64,000 nucleotides of DNA, taken from contig MU053881.1 of NCBI GenBank assembly GCA_013239625.1, positions 12,290,879 through 12,354,878 of the forward strand. The letters are read 5' to 3'. The translations under genes were made by a program, and so were the position numbers. Positions 49,040 to 61,945 of the stretch are shown here, piece by piece. This DNA comes from Lama guanicoe (taxonomy: Eukaryota). How positions within the stretch are numbered: position 1 is the stretch's first letter; every line of letters starts with the position of its first letter. The notes beneath the pieces were generated by a model. The model saw only the letters and a list, made by a program, of their open reading frames with translations, searched no databases and was not told the DNA's origin.

Positions 49040-49315
49040 AAAAGGGGGAGACCTGGGTGTGTAGCAGCTACGTTCAGCCACAAAGGAGGTGGAGGCTGAC
49101 AACTGTCACCAGGGGATGGGGCAGGCTAGCCATTCCAAATTGTCCCATGTTTCAAGAAAAGCAAGAAACCTGGATCTTTAGCAAGAACTCTTTGTATTTA
49201 CGTGTTGGCAACTAATTTTAAAAAATATATTAAACACTGTATAAGCCAATACACCCTGACAAATAAAATATGTTCACAGGACAGGTGCTAGAACTCTCCA
49301 CCTTTGCAACCTCTC
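49040..49315. mobile_element. MER102-like hAT element
   Basis: 'tgttggcaactaattttaaaaaata...aaacactgt...ccacctttgcaacctct'. Confidence 0.6.
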
Positions 49316-51399
49316 CATCGTCCTGCCTTAGGGAAAGGAGAGTCAGCTGATTAGCTCTGAGTTAAGACCGCCTGCATGCAAAGGGGCCAGGGGGTATCAA
49401 GAACCCAGCAGGTCTAGACCTTCCTGTTAAAGAGACACTATAGAGTTTCCATGATCACGGGGTTAAGGAAGGTCACACGGTTCCATCTTCAGAGAAAGCT
49501 GGCTGGATTCTGCCTACTTAATAGGTGTGGAAAAAGATTAAATGCAAAATTTTCCTGATACAACAGCAGGATTTAAGTCCTATCTAAGGGTGTTGAGGGT
49601 TTGGAGGAAGGATGGGCTTATATATTATCTATGTGACATTTCCAATTAAATGCAAAATCAACAGAACATCTTCTGCCAGGGTCACAGTGGTAATGAACAC
49701 TCACCCCAACTTGTTAGCACACCCATTCCTCAAAACAGCAAAAAGGAGGATAAATCAACTGCCTTTGTTACCTTTATCAGCATAAACAAAGAGATAAAAA
49801 TACGGTATAAAATTTTAACTGTCTTCCCCCGTTCTACCTGCAAATGTGAAATTCCCCTGTGCTTCAATAAAGAAAAAATACATCCAATGAAATCTAACAA
49901 ATGTGCCATCTGTTCAGAAAGCAGGAAGCAGGCATCTTTTACACGTGACACTACTGCCCTCGTGTGGTCTAACATCATAATGCAGTTATTTTCCAAGGCT
50001 CTGGAAAGGTTCTGACTAAAAAAATGTACTTCTTGTAAATATGTCAGTTATAACGTGGGACAACATGTGAAGAAACATTCATTTTAAAGAACACAAATAT
50101 CACTTATAATCAAACTTCTGTTCACATTAGACCCTGGATTATGAGTTCCACTCCACAATGAGCTTCCTTATGAAAAGGAGAAGAAATCGAGGGAAGTTTA
50201 AGTGTCATTGGAAAACAGCTGGAGAGCAAGGCGCAGGACTCTCAGACCTAATGATGACATCAGTCACTGCCACGCCAGTGCCCATACCTGGCTTCCCACC
50301 TCACTGCTTTCCTGTAGGGCTCTGCAAAGGGGTAGGGAAAAAACTGTTTACTTCCCACTCTCATTTGTTGGCTCCACACCATTAATTTGTACCATGACCT
50401 CTGGCTGCACCATTCAGGTCTCTGGTGGCAAGATAATCCCGGGGCTATTCCTGAGCAGGCATCCTCCGAGAGGGTGGCAGGAATTCAGTGCCCTGACAGG
50501 CAGTAGAAAGGAAAGCTTCTCCAGCATGGAGAACTGGGCAGAATGCAGACACCATCATACCTAACAGTAAATAAATAATACTTCTCTTTTCTCCTCTCCT
50601 CCACTGACTGTAGGGTGACTCAGTTATTCAATGAAGAAACATTTTAAATGGAATATCTATTAACATAAAACTATGCGGCAGACACCCTCAGGATAGAAAC
50701 CCCTCTGAGCCAGCTTTCTTACCTGTAAAATGGCGGTAATGACTTCTGTTTAATCCTTACCGTTGCCCTATGAAGTGAAGGGCACCACTGTCTCTCCAAG
50801 ACTGGGCAAAGCCTGTAGGCTTCTATCAGAATATTCTAGTTTGACTTGAGGTGCAAGTGTTAGATTTAAACTTCATGAATGTGATTGGATGATAACCTGA
50901 AAGCTGAGTAGACTTCTTGAGTTCATGACCCAGAATTGCTGGCTCCTCCCAGCAGGGGTTGAAACCAGGTCAATAGCTGCAAAAGGGAGAAGCCCCCAGG
51001 TTCCTCCCCTGGGCAGCCCAGCAGAACCGCTGGGCCAGGGCTGCTGCAGTCAGTGTTGGGGTTGCCCACTGAGTGGCCCGGCCAGGTGGTCCTAACCAGC
51101 TGGACCCAGAGCAGAGTATGTCTGAGGGCTGCAGGCTGCAGTGACAAATGCCCCACCCCAGCTCCCAGCACTGGCCCAGACCCTGCTGTAACAGAGCAGG
51201 AGGGCAGGTGAGCAGGGGGCAAAGATAGCTGGTCTTTGTTTATTCTTAGCGGGCATGTCTGCTGCTCCAGGTGAGTGCCTGCTCAGTTAGAGGGGAAAAG
51301 TTTGCTGTATGTGGAGTCCCCCTTTAGAAGTAGGAAAATCATCTTTCATCAGACCTATGACTCGAATGGTCTATTGAAGAGTCACGCTGGAAAGACTGG

Positions 51400-51620
51400 A
51401 CAGCAGTGTCTGAGAAAAGAAACACAGACTTTGGCATCAGATACACCAAGTTCACGCCCTACTTCTGCCACTTAACTCGTTGTGTGATTTCAGCAAGTGA
51501 GTCTGTGTCTCGGAGTTTATATTCCTAATCTACATGATGGGGATAACAGTCCCCAACTCTCTCGGTCGGTGTGAGAATGCTTGCCTGCTTGGCACATCAC
51601 ACGTGTTAGGTAATGCCAAC
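51400..51620 (+). mobile_element. MIR
   Basis: 'cagactttggcatcagatacaccaagttcacgccctacttctgccacttaactcgttgtgtgatttcagcaagt'. Confidence 0.8.
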
Positions 51621-52394
51621 AGAGCTGGCCTTGTAAATTATTGAGGCAGGTTTTGAAGGCAGGGTGCATTTTAGCTTGGGGCGAGCAAAAAGTATCGAAG
51701 CCAGAAAGCCTCTGGGTGTGATTTTAGACTTCGTGACGGTGAGCGATACAAACTCTCCAGCATCAAGATCAAGGGCAGGGCTGGGAGTCAGACAGCCTGG
51801 CCAACATGACCCGCGGCCATTTGTCGAACGTCGGCTCCTTCCCTGGTCACCTGTCAGCGGTCACCATCCATCATCTTCCCTCCCTCCTTGAGCCATCCCG
51901 GTGGCTAGGCTGACAAGGGTGAATGGCGAAGTGATGGCTCCTAACTAGGAGGCTTCCGTGACGCCACGTTTCTCGGGCTGCTCCTGTCGTCTTTTCACAC
52001 CAGGGTGACCAGCCCTGCCCCCGGAGGTTTTCCCCTCATCCTGCTTAAAAAGCAAGCCACAACCTTCTTCTTGGTTTCTCCGCTGTTGAGAATGGGGCGG
52101 ATGGATTAAGCGTCCGGTCCCCAGTTTCCCTTCAACTTAGTGTCTGTTTTCTGCTTTGATTTACCGGCCCTTTTTTTAGACCAATTCCCAACAGGAATTT
52201 TGGCCCTTGATCCCTCATTATCTTTTCAGTGAGTTTCAGTCCCAAATGCTTAGTGCAGACCCACTCTTCCTTTCAATCACTCCATCGCCACTTTTTCTTT
52301 TTGCCACTGAAATATAGCCCATTTGACCTGCCTCGTCTGCAACATCCTCCCTGATAAAAACTGAAATCGAGACCCCAGTCTCAAGCTGGAGTTT

Positions 52395-52655
52395 TTGTTT
52401 TTGTTTTGTTTTGCTTTTAGTTTTATTGCGATAGAAATTACATAACTTAAAGTTCCCCACTTTTAAGTGTACCATGAAATGAATTATAGTCATATTACAG
52501 TTGTACAATCATCACCACAAGCTAATTATAGAACATTCCCATCCATCTATAAAGAAACATTCTTATAATCACTCCATATTTCCACCCGCCAGACTTTTGA
52601 GCATTTCATATAAATGAAATAATACAAGGCATGCCCTTTGGTGTCTGGTCAAGCT
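52395..52655 (-). mobile_element. L1 (L1MB-like) 3' end
   Basis: T-rich tail, then 'ttttaagtgtac...acagttgtacaatcatcaccaca...agaacattcccatc'. Confidence 0.85.
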
Positions 52656-53046
52656 GAGTTCTTTTTACATATCCTAGCGCCTTGGACGTCACCTTGGTCC
52701 CCAAAGACCATATACCCTTCTCTATTGTTCTCTAGCCCCTTAGAGAAAATGCCTGTGTTTTTCAGCAACTTTGAGCAGCCTTTACTTACTAAGCTCCGGG
52801 CTTGGCCTCAGGATACGGTGGTCAGCAAAACTAGGCATAGTCCTTGTCCTCACAAAGTTACACAAGTATTTATTGTGCCCAAATACATTTACAGTTATCA
52901 ACTTGATAGGTTCTACAAAAGAGACAAAATCTTTATTTTATTCTGAGCTAACTTAATGTGATTTACAAGAATTGCCTATTACCAAGCACCTTGAAAACCA
53001 CAGACTTTCTGGTCAAAGTGGAAATGTTTTTCACTAAAAGTGAGGC

Positions 53047-54567
53047 ATGGCATTCAAAGCAATCCCTATGAAAATCCTAGCTGCCTTTTTTGCAGTAACT
53101 GCCATACTGACCCTGGAATTCATATGGAGATGCAAAGGAGCCTAAATAGCCAAAACAATTCAGCAAAATCAGTTTTTCCTCATTTCAAAACTTACTACAA
53201 GGCTACATTAATTAAGACAGTTTGGTACCAGCATAAGGACAGGCATGTAGATCAACAGAATAGAAGTGAGGGTCCAGAAAAAAGCACATACATTTATTTG
53301 TAGTCAATTGATTTTCAGCATGGGTGCTAAGATAATTCATCGGGGGAAAAAACTCTTTTCAACAAATGATGTTAGGTATCTACATGCAAAAAATTAACTC
53401 AAAATTGACCAAAAACCTAAATATAAGGGTTAACATTACAAAATTCTTAAAAGAAAATATGTATTAATCTTTTGACCTTACATTAGGCAATGGATTCTGA
53501 GATATAACACCAAAAATATGAGCAAAAACAAAATATAGATTAGACGTCATCAAAATTGAAAAATTTTGTGCATCAAAGCACATTATCCATAAAGTAAAAA
53601 AGACAACCTACAGAACGGGAGAAAATATCTGCAAATCATGTATCTGATAAGGGACTAATGTCCAGAGTATATAAAGACCTCTTACAACTCAACAACAAAA
53701 AGACAAACAATCCAACTAAAAATGAGAAAAAGACTTGAAGAGACATTCTCCAAGGAATATACATAAATGGTCATATGAAAAATACTACGGTTACAAATAA
53801 TTTCATTGTATAGAAAAAAATCACAATGAAATATCACTTTATAATCCTTAGGCTGGCTTTGATCAAAAAGACAGACAGTAATAAGTCTTGGTGAGGACGT
53901 ACAGAATGGGAACCTTCATACACTGCTGGTGGGAACGTAAAATGGTGCAGCTGTTATGGAAAACAGTTAAATAGTTTCTGAAAATGTTAAACATAGACTT
54001 ACCCTATGACTCAGCAATTCAGCTACTTGGCGTACTCCCAACAGAACTGTAAACATATGGCCACATGAAAACTTGGACCACAATGTGCATAGCAACAATA
54101 TTCATAATAGCCCCAAAGTAGCAACAAGACAAATATCCATCAACTGGTGAAGGATAAATCAAATGTGGTATATCTATGTCATGGAATATCATTCAGCTGT
54201 AAGAAGCAACGAAGTACTGATACATACTACAACATGGGGGAAACTTGAAAACATTTCGCTAAAAGACGTCAAACAAAAAAAAGGCCACATATTGTATGAT
54301 TCCATTTATATGAAATGTTCAGAAGAGGCAAATCCAGAGACAGAAAGTAGGTTAGTGGTTGCCTAGGGCTGAGGGAGGGAGAATGATGTAGGGGATGGGA
54401 GGTGACATCTAAAGGGAACGAGGTTTCTTTGGGGGCTGGTGAAAATAAGTTCTGTAATCATACAGTGGTGATAACTGCACAACTTTGTGAATATGCTAAA
54501 AAAAAACCCCACTGAACTGTATACTTTAAAAGGGCAAGTGAAATGTATCTCAATAAAAAATAAATAA
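53047..54567 (+). mobile_element. L1 (L1MB-like), about 1.5 kb of ORF2 3' part plus 3' UTR
   Basis: Translated pieces PHFKTYYKATLIKTVWYQHKDRHVDQQNR and MWYIYVMEYHSAVRSNE. Ends 'tgtatctcaataaaaaataaataa'. Confidence 0.95.
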
Positions 54568-54759
54568 GGCTTGATCACCAAAACCCAATTCAAACAATGC
54601 AAAGGCACATGTAAGGTGAGAGAAAGTGACTGCGTTCCTTTCTCCACATAGGACTGAGATGAAGCTCTTGTCTCTGGGTTCCAAGCCTACTTTTCCACAG
54701 TCTGCTTAGTGATGCTTTCCCTGGGATTCTGCACATCACCTTTCTCACAGGAGGGAGTT

Positions 54760-55172
54760 TGGTGGGCAGGAAGAGGGGCAACTGTCCCATGTACTTGCTG
54801 TTCCCATCAGTGTCACCCCAGGATGTCCCTGGACCCCAGAAGTGCAGTTACTTCCAGTTCCAACCTCCAGCATCTTTCAGCCCTCCCAGCATCACCCCCG
54901 TGGCCTCCTTTGAAGCGTACCAGCAAGATCCAGGAAGTGCTCCCTTCTCAGAGGTCTGAGACCTCCTTGGAGGTTCTGGTAACATTCAGCTTCATCTTGT
55001 TTCTCATTCCTATATGTGGTAGCTGCATCCCACAGTTACTCTCTCTCAATAGTCCCTTCTTGCTCTTTCAGCGCTCCAACTTCTTCAACCTTGTGTTTCT
55101 TTATACCAAATCCCTTATGTTGAAATATTTCTTAGCTGTTTCTGTTTGCTTAATTGCATCCTGGCTGACAAA
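54760..55172 (+). mobile_element. old LTR-like element, family uncertain
   Basis: 3' end 'aaatcccttatgttgaaata...tgtttctgtttgcttaattgcatcctggctgaca' resembles ancient LTR termini. Confidence 0.45.
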
Positions 55173-56429
55173 GCCCATTATATTCCTATATATTCTTCTA
55201 AGCTTCTTTTAATTCATATTGAAATATGACCTACTATTTTTCTTTATAAAATGGGATACTGTGTTATACTGCAAGTTGTTTTATATTGCGTGCATATTTA
55301 TCAGTGTACTTTCACATCAATTTGTATATGATGGTTAATGTATCTTTTTTATGGTAACTGGATCCATTTCATCTTCTCACATGATGTTCATTGCTCTGGA
55401 TTTATCTAAAGTATATTGTTCTTTTGAGGAACGTTAATTGCACTGAATTCTAATTATATTTATTTATTTATAAAGCACCTAATCTGTGAAAACATTATAC
55501 TGAATGTTTGGGAATAGAAGGGTAAGTTAAACACAGTCCTGCAGTGGAAGAGATATGAGATATAGCTAAGATTATAAACTTGGACTTCTCAAGACATTTC
55601 CAGTTTTAAGTAATCTATCCTTTCCCATCAAATGCATTAGTTCTCATACTCAAATTTTTATTTTCAGTCAAACATAAATCTCCATTCAGTCGCTGCTCTG
55701 CAACTCTTTATCCTGATGTTCTTCTGCCCCGTAAAAAGACTGGTTCTACTCATAACTCGTAATGATTTTGAGATAGGAAAAAATTCTGAGAGTGCACCTA
55801 AGTTTAATTTTTTTCCAGATAAAATGGTAGCAGTTCCAAGGAGACATAAGGTTTATCAAACTGGAACAGTAGTAATGTAAATATACCTACTATTATACTG
55901 GTATTCAAAGAATTATCTGAACCAAACTCAAACCCTACTGGAACTTAAATGGACTCCCACTGGGTCACCAAAAGGTATTTTCTTAGATATACTAACAAGG
56001 TCACTTCTCTTGATGTACATTTTACATAAGGGCAAGGTATCAATCCTACAGTTCATTTACAGCTGAGAGAAGCCCAGAGGCTCAGAATGATTTATTAATG
56101 ACATTTTCTTTAAATAAGCTCTCTTTATAAGTCCATAATATAGTCAAAAGGGAAAAGGGGAATGAAATAAACTTATTGGACATCACTGAAGGCTGCTAGA
56201 CAACCAAACATGACTCTGAAATTTAATAACTAAAAGAAAAAAAAAGGTCAGTATATACTACACCTTTCTAGGGTAAGTATCTTAAGGCAATGAAAACAGC
56301 TTTAGTGAAGGAAACAAAGTTCTTCTATCTAAAAAAAATTCCAGCTAATGAATGCAGAAGAAATGATAGAATTAAAAAATCAGCATTTCACAATCTTTAA
56401 TGAAATACACAACCCCACGCAGTGGTCAT

Positions 56430-56725
56430 TGTGTTAGATTGCTCAGCTGCTGTAACAAAGTGCCACAGATTGGGTGGCTTTCAAGAGCAGAAATTTACTC
56501 TCTCACAGTTCTGAAGGCTGCTAGTCTGAAATGAAAGTGTCAGCAGGGCTATACTTCCCATGTGACTCTGGACAGAATCCCCCCTGCATATTCTTCCCTC
56601 TGGCTGGTGGCCCCATCACTCCTTGGTGTTCCTTGGTTTGCAGCTGTGTAATTCCAATCTCTGCCTCCGCCATCACGTGGTGTTCTACCTCTGCCATCAC
56701 GTGGTGTTCTACCTCTCTGTCACTG
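56430..56725 (-). mobile_element. MaLR LTR (MLT1C-like), truncated, flanked by old L1 3' sequence
   Basis: 'gctgctgtaacaaagtgccacagattgggtggctt...cagaaatttactctctcacagttctg...ccaatctctgcctccgccatcacgtgg'. Confidence 0.88.
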
Positions 56726-57573
56726 ACTTCACGTGACATTTTCTGCATGGTAATATTCTGAGCTTGCTTTCTTGTATGTGCAGTTTGCTTTTGTTTTTCC
56801 CCTCCCTATTTTCTATAATGAACAACCGTGATCTTTTTTTTTTTAATCAGGAAATTAAAAAAAATTGTCTTCTGGCCATGCTGGTTTCACCTGGGAAGTA
56901 AAAAGGACCAAAAACTGATCAGACATAATGTTCAATTGCAGGCATCCAGAGAGAGTCCTATAACTGAACAAACAGACCTGCTTTCACTGACAACAAAAGC
57001 ATTTATGTCCAAAGAGAGCACAATTGTTCCCTTACGAAGGCTGAGAGCATGACATATATAAAGTAGAGTGAAGCAGGTTAAAAAAAAAACAAAACTGAAT
57101 AGACGGGCCCAAGTTTCTCAAAAAGCACAAGGAAGACCAAATAAGTACTTGACAAAAGTGGTCATCAGATATGCATTAAATCCAGGGTTCAAAAACATGT
57201 GTTTAGTTGGTTGTGAATTAACACTAAAGGTAAAAGAAAAGGTGGCTTGGTATTAATAAACATATTTCTTACTTAACCTACTGAAGAAGGCTATCCGGAG
57301 ATTGAAGCATCCCACCACCCTGTTCTCCACGCTTGGGTGTGGGCATCCTCACACATCTGCACTGGAAAGTATCAACAAGCTGCTAACAGGGACCACCGGT
57401 TCCGTGTCAACACAGAGGGTCAGATGTGAGGCTCTGTCACCACTTCTGAAAGGTCTCATTTCAGACTATCCTCTACCTACTCCCTTTCAATGACAGACCT
57501 AAGAAGGGTTTTCACACTTGAGAAGACCTCTTCCAACAAGATCCTATTCAAAGTCCCTCAGAATTGATCCAGC

Positions 57574-57965
57574 TGTTACAGACTGAACTGCATCCCCGCC
57601 AAATTCATATGTTGAAGCCCTAACCCACACCATGGCTATTGCTGAACACAAAGCCTTCAAGAAGATAATAAAATTTAAATGAGGTCACAGGGGTGGGGCT
57701 CTAATCTGATAGGACTGGTGTCCTTCTAAGAAGAGGAAGAGGTACCAGAGCATGATCTCCATGCACACACAGAGAAAAGGCCATGTAAGCACTCAGCAAG
57801 GAGTCACCCACCACGTGCCAGCCAGGAAGAGGCTTCACCAGAAACCCACCCAGACAGCACCTTGATCTGGGACTTCCAGCCTCCAGAACTGTGAGAAAAT
57901 CACTGTCTGTTTAAGCCACCCAGTGTGTGATAATCTTGTTACGGCAGCCAGAGTCAATTAACACA
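57574..57965 (+). mobile_element. MaLR solo LTR (MLT1A0/B-like)
   Basis: 'tgttacagactgaactg...aaattcatatgttgaagccctaaccc...gacttccagcctccagaactgtgagaaaat...aattaacaca'. Confidence 0.9.
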
Positions 57966-59017
57966 TCACCCTTTCTTTTTAACACAAAAATTTAATCATG
58001 CCACATTTAAGAATCTAAGGAAACAGATTCTACAGCAGTCAGACTGCCCAAGTTTTGAACTTCTACTTCCTAATTCTCTTTTCATAAAGATAAAGCTCAA
58101 AGGGGATATTTTCCTCCAATATGGATATGTTCATAACACTTAATGGATCCCTTTATTCTGACTTGACTGTCTGTCTGTGGAACTAGATATGTAAGAGTCA
58201 AAATAACTTCCTTTGATTACCAAATAAATGCACAATGAAAATACGCAGAGCCATCTGGGTCTACACAAGCCAATCCTAGAGATCATGTTCCCTTTAAGAC
58301 TGCTTAGGTTTGAATTATAGAAAAATGGTGGGACAATTCTTTGATTTGTTCAGCTGTGATGCTGAGAAACACAAAAGGGATCATGGAGATTTTATCTTTG
58401 ACACCAACAGAAAAGAACCTCCATTGGAAAGCAAAATGCTTTTATGCTTCAATGCTCTCGAAAACGACCAGAAAGTCACTCTAAAATTTACTTCTGAAAA
58501 GGTGTCAGGTTTGTATTGACCTCATGGGAGCCAGATTTTGGTTAATTAGAAGCTCATCTATGAACAGACATCTGAAAGTTGAATGAGGAACCGAAACAAC
58601 CTTTTAGACAGCTTTCTCTTCATCTGCTGTCTGACAGAGCAGTCAGTCTTGGGATCTGTCCCTCCCCCCCACCTTTTTCTTTTTTTCAGATAGAAAAGTC
58701 CAGCTTTTGCCACAACATACACTCAGTGAGCTGGTGCCTTCTGGAGGGCAGGCTTTGTTGGCCTCTTTTATTGATTTACTTGACCCTAGAATTACAGAGT
58801 AAATAGCATTCTGTTCAAGCTGAAAACGAGAAACTACACTCCCAACACTGTCCATACCAATCTAAACCCTTCACTGATTTAAAAAAAAGAAAAAGAAAGG
58901 CAACAACGAAACAACAAAAACAACAGGCAGCAAGCCAAAGGCAAGACCATTATAAACAAAATGATCTGTTTTAGAAGAAAGACCTGGATTCTCCACCCTT
59001 AATTTAAAAATTATGAA

Positions 59018-59195
59018 AAACAAGTTTCTTTTGTATAGCACAGGGAACTATATTCAGTATCTTGTAATAACCTGTAATTAAAAAGAATACGAAAACAAAT
59101 ACATGTGTGTATATGCATGACTGGGACATCGTGCTATACACCTGAAATCAACACATTGTAACTGACTGTAGTTCAAAAATAAATAAATAAATAAA
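59018..59195 (+). mobile_element. lineage-specific L1 extreme 3' end with (TAAA)n tail
   Basis: 'tgtatagcacagggaactatattcagtatcttgtaataacc...acacattgtaactgact...aaataaataaataaa'. Confidence 0.88.
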
Positions 59196-59469
59196 TGATC
59201 ATGTATTAAGCTAATAATCATATAGTCTCTTTATATGGTAAATAAAAGGGGGGACCAGGAAAAGCATTAGGGATGGAGCAAACGTGTGGTTATGTTAGGG
59301 GGAGGGGACCCTTGATTCCCCTCCTTGACCTACCATGATTTCATCCTTCTACACTGACTGCTGACAATAGTGTTTGTAATATAACAGACGACATTGCAAT
59401 TAAGAGTAACAAGTGAGACCTATGAGACCTATATACGCGATTCTTCTCGCTACCTGGTATTAAGTTATA

Positions 59470-59597
59470 CATTTCTTTTCACTTGTATATTGCCCTCGAG
59501 CACCACCAGAATCAAACCCACGAAAGGCAGGGTTTACATCTCAGTCACCTCCATTTCCTCAGTATTTCATGAATAAATGAATGAATGAATGAATGAA
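59470..59597 (+). mobile_element. L2 3' end with (TGAA)n tail
   Basis: 'gaaaggcagggtttacatctc...gaataaatgaatgaatgaatgaatgaa'. Confidence 0.7.
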
Positions 59598-60876
59598 ACA
59601 CAAGAGGTTGAGATTGTTGCATTTGCCCTCAGCAAGTCCCTAAAGATGAAGTAAGAACTGAAGTGATCTGGAGAGGAGGGGAAATGGAACTGCTACAATC
59701 AGAATGTTATCCCTTGATCGTTAGGGAAAAGCTAGAAAAATCCATCCGGTATAAAAAGGATAAATCTTGTTGGGGGCTATCAAAGGATACTACCGCCCAT
59801 CACAAATGATGCATATATAAACCATAATATCAATACAATGGGAAGCTGTACAGCCATTTAAAAAAAATCAGATCACAGAATATATTTCAAGGGCAAAAAC
59901 CAGTAACTGCATGCAGATAGGTGAAAATGGCAGGCAGCAAATGTATCATGTGGTTCCATTTATTTAATAATCTGAAATCCCTCATCACTATATACTCAGG
60001 AATCATCATTAGATTAATTCCCTGTGATTAGATTTCTTTGCACTTATTGCTGCTTTTAGAGGTGTCTGCATTCGGAGATGTATTAATTCTTCATTAGGGA
60101 TTGCTTCATGGTGTTCAGAAGAAAGACTCTGCCTCAGTCAGAAGCTCACAACTGGATCATAGGGCTGCATTTAATGCCCGCATATTCACATCCTCTACCC
60201 TTTGGAGGCAGCATGGGTGGATAAAAGCAATTCTTTTTTTAGAAATGGAACTCTTTCAGAAAACAAAAATAAGTCTAATAATAGAGTCTGTCAACCTCCT
60301 GGGACCCAGCCAATAGCAATGTGGTTCTTCTAATTATCCTCAGACCCTGGTCCTTTTCTCTCCTATCTTTTCGTATGTGTGGATCAGAGTCTTGCCTCCC
60401 TTGCCTCCCATTTGTCCATCACAGAGCTCTGTGCTTCTTGCAGGTGCAAAGGGAAGGCTCCCATCAAGGGGAGGATCGGGTCCCCGCTAGGACCTTATGT
60501 GCACCCAGAAACCGTCTCAGACTGAAACTAAACATCTCCTTATAGCTGCACATCTACTAGTGCCTGCCACATAGAGTCGTCTCAAGGACACGTGTGAATC
60601 CCAACGTTAGATGCGTGGGATGGGGCTGGGGAGATGTTCCTGGAAGGGGTCCTCTTAAACTAAACAAACTTAAGATTTATCTGAGGAGCTAATTGAATGA
60701 GAAGTTTCCACACCTCGCTCCCAAGTATCTTTTTCAGTAGGTCATTCTTAATGCTTACATTGAATAGGTTTCTGCTTCAGATGGCCCCCAGGTCACACTC
60801 AGAAATAGTGCTTCTAAACCTTACCTAATGACACAGGATGGACAGTGCGGCCAGCAGGAGTGCCTCAAAATCTTAC

Positions 60877-60921
60877 CCCATCTCTGGTTGAAGTGAAGTC
60901 AAGAGGTTTGCCTCCAGCTAG
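60877..60921 (-). other. candidate 45-nt exon; an alternative donor at 60825 gives 97 nt (unverified)
   Basis: Minus strand: tatttttttcatcccacag|CTAGCTGG...AGAGATGGG|gtaaga, with a second donor TAG|gtaagg 52 nt downstream. This is the strongest splice-site pair I noticed. Confidence 0.3.
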
Positions 60922-61379
60922 CTGTGGGATGAAAAAAATAGACTTTCTGAGCATTTAGGATTTAAATCTCATTTCCTCCTTTCCACAGCATGTGTGACAG
61001 TGTTCTCACCTGGGAACTTTAGGCAATGCTGTTTAGCATTTACAGTTTATTTTACTCAGTAATTATTCACAAAGTGTTTTATAGCATCCATTTGATGTCC
61101 CCAGCTTGACCATAAACTCCTGGGGTAGTTGGAAGGCTCAAATTTTTTTTTTTAATTTAATGAGATGGAAAGAGAGAAAACTCCTTACTCGGTGCTGTTG
61201 ACAACAGTGCATCCAAGGTCACCAGGTGTATATTTCATACTACTTCATTCAGCTCTAAATCTGCAGTTAAGTTCCTTTTAAATTGGAGACCAAGAGTAGG
61301 AATATCAAGTGGAGAATATTAACCTTTTTAAAGTAAAGAAACTTACTATGTCATAATCAGAGGAAGTTTTGTTTTAATG

Positions 61380-61945
61380 CAGTGGTCCTCAAAATGCGGT
61401 CCACAGCTAGCGGAGTTAAAGGGACCTTGTCAAAAATGCACATTCTCAGGCCCCTCCCAGACCCACTGAAACTCTGACAGTGCACCCAGACATCTGGTTT
61501 TTAACAAGTCCTCCAGGGACTGATTCTGTCTTACTCAGCTCAGGCTGCTACATCAAATACCACAAACTGGTGAGGGCGAGAGCTGGGGGAATTAAACAAC
61601 AAACATTCATTGCTCACAGTCTGGAAGCTAGGAAGTCCAAGATCAAGGTGCTGACATATTTGGTTCTTGATGAGGGCTCTCTTCCTGGTGTGTAGATGGC
61701 TGCCTTCTGTATGCATACTCATGTGGCTTTCCTAGCTGCTCTCTCTCTTCCTCTTCTTATAAGGGCACTAAATACTATTATGAAGGGTGCCACCCTCAAA
61801 ACAGAGTGTAAACCTAATAATCTTCCAAAGGCCCTAACTCCAAATACCATCACATTGAGGTTTAGGGAGTTCAACATATGAATTTCAGGGGGACACATTT
61901 AGTCCATAACACATTCCAATGCACATTTAAATTTAAGACTGGGGT
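61380..61945. mobile_element. MER5A-like MITE interrupted by an MLT1A-type solo LTR (61527-61911, minus)
   Basis: MER5 'cagtggtcctcaaaatgcggtcc...aaaatgcacattctcaggcccc'. LTR 'tgtcttactcagctcaggctgcta...agtccataaca' with degenerate TSD gattc/cattc. Confidence 0.85.

Noticed and set aside
7410..54013. About a dozen AP-1 (TGASTCA) motifs
   Set aside because: Roughly what a 7-mer gives by chance in 64 kb, with no tight clustering.
56521..56761. ORFs with repeated peptides (EVEHHVMA x2 / SAITWCST x2)
   Set aside because: A by-product of the 24-bp tandem duplication inside an MLT1 LTR.
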